Source of the DNA: Erysipelotrichaceae bacterium | GTDB taxonomy: Bacteria; Bacillota_I; Bacilli_A; RFN20; CAG-449 | DNA: 64,000 nt | Assembly: GCA_015059095.1 (NCBI GenBank) | Contig: SVBA01000003.1 | Location: 38,549-102,548, forward strand | Direction of reading: 5' to 3' | Shown: in pieces, positions 60,295-64,000 of the stretch | Numbering within the stretch: position 1 is the first letter of the stretch | Layout: each line of letters starts with the position of its first letter | Program-made: the position numbers and the translations under genes | Notes under the pieces: generated by a model | Database searches by the model: none | What the model was told of the DNA's origin: nothing | The model's input: only the letters and a program-made list of their open reading frames with translations

Positions 60295-61227
60295 CTATAC
60301 CTTCTTGACTACTTTCTTACCAAATAAACCATTTGGTCTAATATAAATAACAATCATTACTACAACATAGGAAATTACTTTAATCCATGAAGTAATACCT
60401 CTTAAAGATTCCACATTTGCAAAGAAGCCAACACAAGTTTCAAATACTGGAATAATAACTGCAGCAACTACTGGACCAACAAATGATCCAAATCCTCCAA
60501 GAATACCTGCTAAGAATGCATTAACTTGGAATTCTGTCATAATAAATGGATTAGTTAACGTACCATTTTCTCCAACAAACATTACACACGCAAGAGCACC
60601 AAGCCCGCCTGCAATACCCCATGAAATAGCTGTAATTGCATATGTATTAACTCCCATCATTTGAGCAACATATTCATTTGATGCTGTTGTTCTTACTCCA
60701 AGTCCCCATTTTGAGAATTTTAATAAAACAAACAATACTCCAATAATAGCAATGGTTAATCCTAAACAAATTAATGAATGAACCGTAATTGTTAATGATT
60801 TACCAGCAATATCTAAGACAATAGGTGGTGTATTTAATTGGTTAGTTAATCCTGGGAAAGTTGGAGGAGCTAAATACTTCCAAATCATTGGGATACCATT
60901 ACCTAATATTGATACGATACCCATAGTAATAATCTGTTTACCTACCAAATTTACATTTCGTCCATTTCTAAAGATAACTAAATCAATAAATAAACCAATC
61001 AAGATACCAAAGACAATGCCCATTAATAAACTTAACCAAATATTCCATTGCTTAGAAATTAAGAATGTTGAAGCAACATAACATCCAAGAGCAGCTACTG
61101 TTCCTTGAGCAAAGTTTGTTGTTGCAGATGTCTTAAATATCAAAGTAATTGCAAATGTTGCTAAGACTAAAACACAAATGTAAGTAAGAGAAGAAGCGAA
61201 TGGCTGTAAGAAATCAGCTATTCCCAT
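60295..61227 (-). CDS. LivH-like ABC permease
   Basis: LIFKTS..TNFAQG, SKWGLGVR, AQMMGVN, ILGGFGS. Confidence 0.9.
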   Translation of the reverse strand: MGIADFLQPFASSLTYICVLVLATFAITLIFKTSATTNFAQGTVAALGCYVASTFLISKQWNIWLSLLMGIVFGILIGLFIDLVIFRNGRNVNLVGKQIITMGIVSILGNGIPMIWKYLAPPTFPGLTNQLNTPPIVLDIAGKSLTITVHSLICLGLTIAIIGVLFVLLKFSKWGLGVRTTASNEYVAQMMGVNTYAITAISWGIAGGLGALACVMFVGENGTLTNPFIMTEFQVNAFLAGILGGFGSFVGPVVAAVIIPVFETCVGFFANVESLRGITSWIKVISYVVVMIVIYIRPNGLFGKKVVKKV

Positions 61228-61229
61228 AA

Positions 61230-62252
61230 CTATTCACCCCACTTAATAATGTTTGCTGCCCAAGCATAACCAATACCAGCAGCGATCATACAAACTACTG
61301 ATCCGTCTTTAACTTTACCTTCTTTTAATGCTAATTCTAAAGATAAGATTTGATCAATTTGTCCAACATGACCATAATTTTCTAGATAGATTGATTGATG
61401 CTCTTCTAAACCTAATTCTTTTAACATTGCATAATGTCCAGAACGTTTCATATGTAATACATCTAAATAATCGATGTCAGCTCTAGTCATACCTGCTCTT
61501 CTACAAGCTTCATCAATACAATGATACCAGTTAGGCATTGAAACTTCGTTTAAACGATCTTTCATTTTCTTAGGTTCCATTAATCTTAATGATTTTCTAG
61601 ATTCTTCTAAATTTTCATGAGTAATTGGATTATTAATACCACCAATTTCAACACCTGCAGTTCTAGAAATTGAACCATCAGACATAATCTTTGTACCTAA
61701 TAACAAGTTTTTATTGTAATTTTTCTTTAATATGATTGCGCCACCACCAGCAGCTAGATTAAACATCATTGACATATTTGTATCTGAATAATCAACAAAG
61801 TCACCATTTCTATAACCACCAACAACCATGATTGTATCAATTTCATCATCAGCGATTAACATAGATTTAGCAATCTCCATAGCTGCTACACAAGTACAAC
61901 ATCTATTTTGAACATCAATACCCCAAGCATTAACTGCTCCAATTTGATCTTGGATATAAATAGCAGATGTAGTTAATGGATATTCTTTCCATTCTTCACC
62001 AATACATAAGATAACATCGATGTCTTTTGGATCAACACCTGTGTTTTCTAAACAAGCTTTAGCAGCTCTAACACCCATTTCTTGAGTACCATCATCATCT
62101 CCTGGAACTGGTTTTTGATTGATACCTAATTTGTTTCTAACTGCATCTTCACTCCAAATACCATTAGTAGCATCAGAAATTTCTTTAGCAGTCATAATCT
62201 TTTTTGGTAAGTAAGTACCTACACCAACAATACCAACATTAACTTTTGACAT
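61230..62252 (-). CDS. FabH-like (KAS III / thiolase-fold) condensing enzyme
   Basis: GVGTYLP, DVQNRCCT (catalytic Cys), VLHMK, YGHVGQID, AAGIGYAW. Confidence 0.85.
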   Translation of the reverse strand: MSKVNVGIVGVGTYLPKKIMTAKEISDATNGIWSEDAVRNKLGINQKPVPGDDDGTQEMGVRAAKACLENTGVDPKDIDVILCIGEEWKEYPLTTSAIYIQDQIGAVNAWGIDVQNRCCTCVAAMEIAKSMLIADDEIDTIMVVGGYRNGDFVDYSDTNMSMMFNLAAGGGAIILKKNYNKNLLLGTKIMSDGSISRTAGVEIGGINNPITHENLEESRKSLRLMEPKKMKDRLNEVSMPNWYHCIDEACRRAGMTRADIDYLDVLHMKRSGHYAMLKELGLEEHQSIYLENYGHVGQIDQILSLELALKEGKVKDGSVVCMIAAGIGYAWAANIIKWGE

Positions 62253-62274
62253 ATAAGATTCCTCCTTTACTATA

Positions 62275-62994
62275 TTATAATCTCATACCACCATTAACTT
62301 CTAATACTTGACCTGTAACATATGAAGATTCATCACACGCTAAGAATAAAGCAGCATTAGCAATTTCATGAGGTTGTCCTAATCTCTTTAACATTGTTAA
62401 TTTAGCAAAATCATCTAATAAATTTTGAGGTACTGTTTTTAACATATCTGTCATGATGTAACCAGGAGCGATTGCATTACAGCGAACGTTAGCACCTTTT
62501 CTTGCAAATTCTTTTGCCCATGTTTTTGTCATACCAATTACACCAGCTTTAGATGCTGCATAATTAGCTTGACCAATATTACCAAATACGCCTACAACAC
62601 TAGAAATATTGATAATAGAACCATAACCATTATTTTCCATTTGAGGACCAAATAATCTAGTCATGTTGAATACGCCTTTTAAGTTAACTGCGATAACTGC
62701 ATCAAACATATCATCAGTCATTTTTCTTGTCATAGCGTCTTTTGTAATACCTGCATTGTTAACTAAAATATCAACTTTGCCATATTTTTCTACTGCATAA
62801 TTATAGAATTCTTGACAAGCAGCAGAATCTGTAATGTTTAATTTGTATAATTCAATATTTGGATTTTCAAATGTAGCGTCACCTAAATCAACTGCGATAC
62901 ATTTTGCTCCTTCACGTGCGAATAATTCACACATTGCTGCGCCTAATCCTCTAGCGCCACCAGTAACAACTGCAACTTTTCCTTCTAATCTCAT
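62275..62994 (-). CDS. 3-oxoacyl reductase (FabG/PhaB-like SDR)
   Basis: TGGARGLG, NNAGIT.D, SSVVG, NYAASK, IAPGYI. Confidence 0.9.
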   Translation of the reverse strand: MRLEGKVAVVTGGARGLGAAMCELFAREGAKCIAVDLGDATFENPNIELYKLNITDSAACQEFYNYAVEKYGKVDILVNNAGITKDAMTRKMTDDMFDAVIAVNLKGVFNMTRLFGPQMENNGYGSIINISSVVGVFGNIGQANYAASKAGVIGMTKTWAKEFARKGANVRCNAIAPGYIMTDMLKTVPQNLLDDFAKLTMLKRLGQPHEIANAALFLACDESSYVTGQVLEVNGGMRL

Positions 62995-63027
62995 AAATTT
63001 TCCTCCTTATTATATATATTTATTTAA

Positions 63028-64000
63028 TTATTGAACTTTTTTTAATACTACTGCTGTACCCATGCCTCCACCGATACATAACGAAGCAAGACCTGTATTG
63101 AAGTTATCATTATGTTTCATTAAATGAATTAATGTAACAACAATTCTTGCTCCTGAAGCACCAACTGGATGACCTAAAGCAATAGCGCCACCATTTAAGT
63201 TAGTCTTATTAAGAATAGATTCTGGAGTTACATTATGTTGAGATGATAACTCTTTTACTACTCCTAATGATTGAGCAGCAAACGCTTCATTTAATTCTAA
63301 AACATCTAAATCATTAATTGATAAACCTGTTCTAGAAAGAACATCATTAACTGCTGCAACTGGACCTAAACCCATTAATTGAGGATCAACTCCTCCTTGA
63401 CCAACTCCAATGATTTCACAAAGGATTGGGAGATTATGTTCTTTAACTGCTTCTTCACTAGCGACGATAACATAAGCTGCGCCATCATTAATTCCTGAAG
63501 CATTACCTGCAGTTACACTACCTTGAGGATCAAATGCAGGTCTTAAAGTAGATAATTTTTCTAAAGAAGTTGTTCTATTTGGATATTCATCTGTATCAAA
63601 AACAATTTCTTTTTTACGTTCTTTAATAATTATTGGAACAATTTCTTCTTTAAATGCACCTGAATCAACTGCTCTAATAGCTTTCTCTTGAGAATTAATT
63701 GCAAATGCATCTTGTTCTTCTCTAGTAATACCATATTTTTTATTAATGTTTTCAGCTGTAATACCCATGTGAACTCCACTATAAGCATCAGTTAAAGCAT
63801 CATATACCATATGGTCGATTGCTTTAAATCCTCCCATCTTAACTCCTTGTCTAGTAGATTCTGGAATTAAGTATGGAGCAGATGACATATTTTCAGCACC
63901 ACCTGCTATAACGATTTTACTAAATCCTGCTTGGATAGAAACATAAGCATTGATAATAGCTTTCATACCACTACCACATACCATATTAATTGCATAAGCT
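63028..64000 (-). CDS. Acetyl-CoA C-acetyltransferase (thiolase), 5' end outside the window
   Basis: INMVCGSG, GNASGINDGAA, ELNEAFAAQ, GHPVGASG, LCIGGGMG; frame is open to the window edge. Confidence 0.95.
   Translation of the reverse strand, partial: AYAINMVCGSGMKAIINAYVSIQAGFSKIVIAGGAENMSSAPYLIPESTRQGVKMGGFKAIDHMVYDALTDAYSGVHMGITAENINKKYGITREEQDAFAINSQEKAIRAVDSGAFKEEIVPIIIKERKKEIVFDTDEYPNRTTSLEKLSTLRPAFDPQGSVTAGNASGINDGAAYVIVASEEAVKEHNLPILCEIIGVGQGGVDPQLMGLGPVAAVNDVLSRTGLSINDLDVLELNEAFAAQSLGVVKELSSQHNVTPESILNKTNLNGGAIALGHPVGASGARIVVTLIHLMKHNDNFNTGLASLCIGGGMGTAVVLKKVQ

Noticed and set aside
217-63034. Short antisense or nested ORFs in the track (e.g. 217-462, 3762-4040, 12742-13056, 18617-18895, 20259-20519, 62834-63034)
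   Set aside because: They overlap well-supported genes, lack RBS or motifs, and look like shadow frames
61230-64000. Ordinary fatty-acid synthesis (fab) operon
   Set aside because: No acpP, fabD, fabF, fabZ or acc genes in view; the genes are linked instead to thiolase, an importer, a CoA-transferase and hydrolases. The upstream part lies outside the window.

Overview
This is a very AT-rich, gene-dense chromosomal window from a low-GC Bacilli-type bacterium (possibly an uncultured gut lineage; the taxonomy is inference). It uses the standard genetic code and most genes are on the minus strand. In order it holds: (i) a TetR gene and an AT-rich islet of hypothetical genes downstream of tRNA-Thr(GGT), with repeated AACTGATACA motifs and a stray tRNA 3' fragment; (ii) an orphan PemK/MazF-like gene, rimO, mnmA and dtd; (iii) a compact sporulation block dacF-spoIIAA-spoIIAB-sigF-spoVAC/D/E-spoVAF; (iv) an Fbp/Afu-type ABC importer divergent from THREE tandem class II aldolases, plus RpiR, HAD, PMI, Pdp and a fucose-isomerase-like gene; (v) the gmk-priA-rsmB-rlmN-prpC-prkC-rsgA-rpe-rpmB neighbourhood, with a catalytically degenerate RsmB, a PASTA-less PrkC and two inserted MacB-like ABC paralogs; (vi) rqcH, trmL, a choline-kinase-like gene, cwlJ and degV; (vii) an operon of thiolase, FabG/PhaB, FabH-like enzyme, Liv-type ABC importer, CoA-transferase and two alpha/beta hydrolases, one strongly resembling Bacillus PhaZ. 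The two best candidates for an undescribed system are this putative PHB/3-hydroxybutyrate-oligomer scavenging operon and the kinase-less triple-aldolase sugar-phosphate locus. All calls come from motif recognition by eye; no searches were run.
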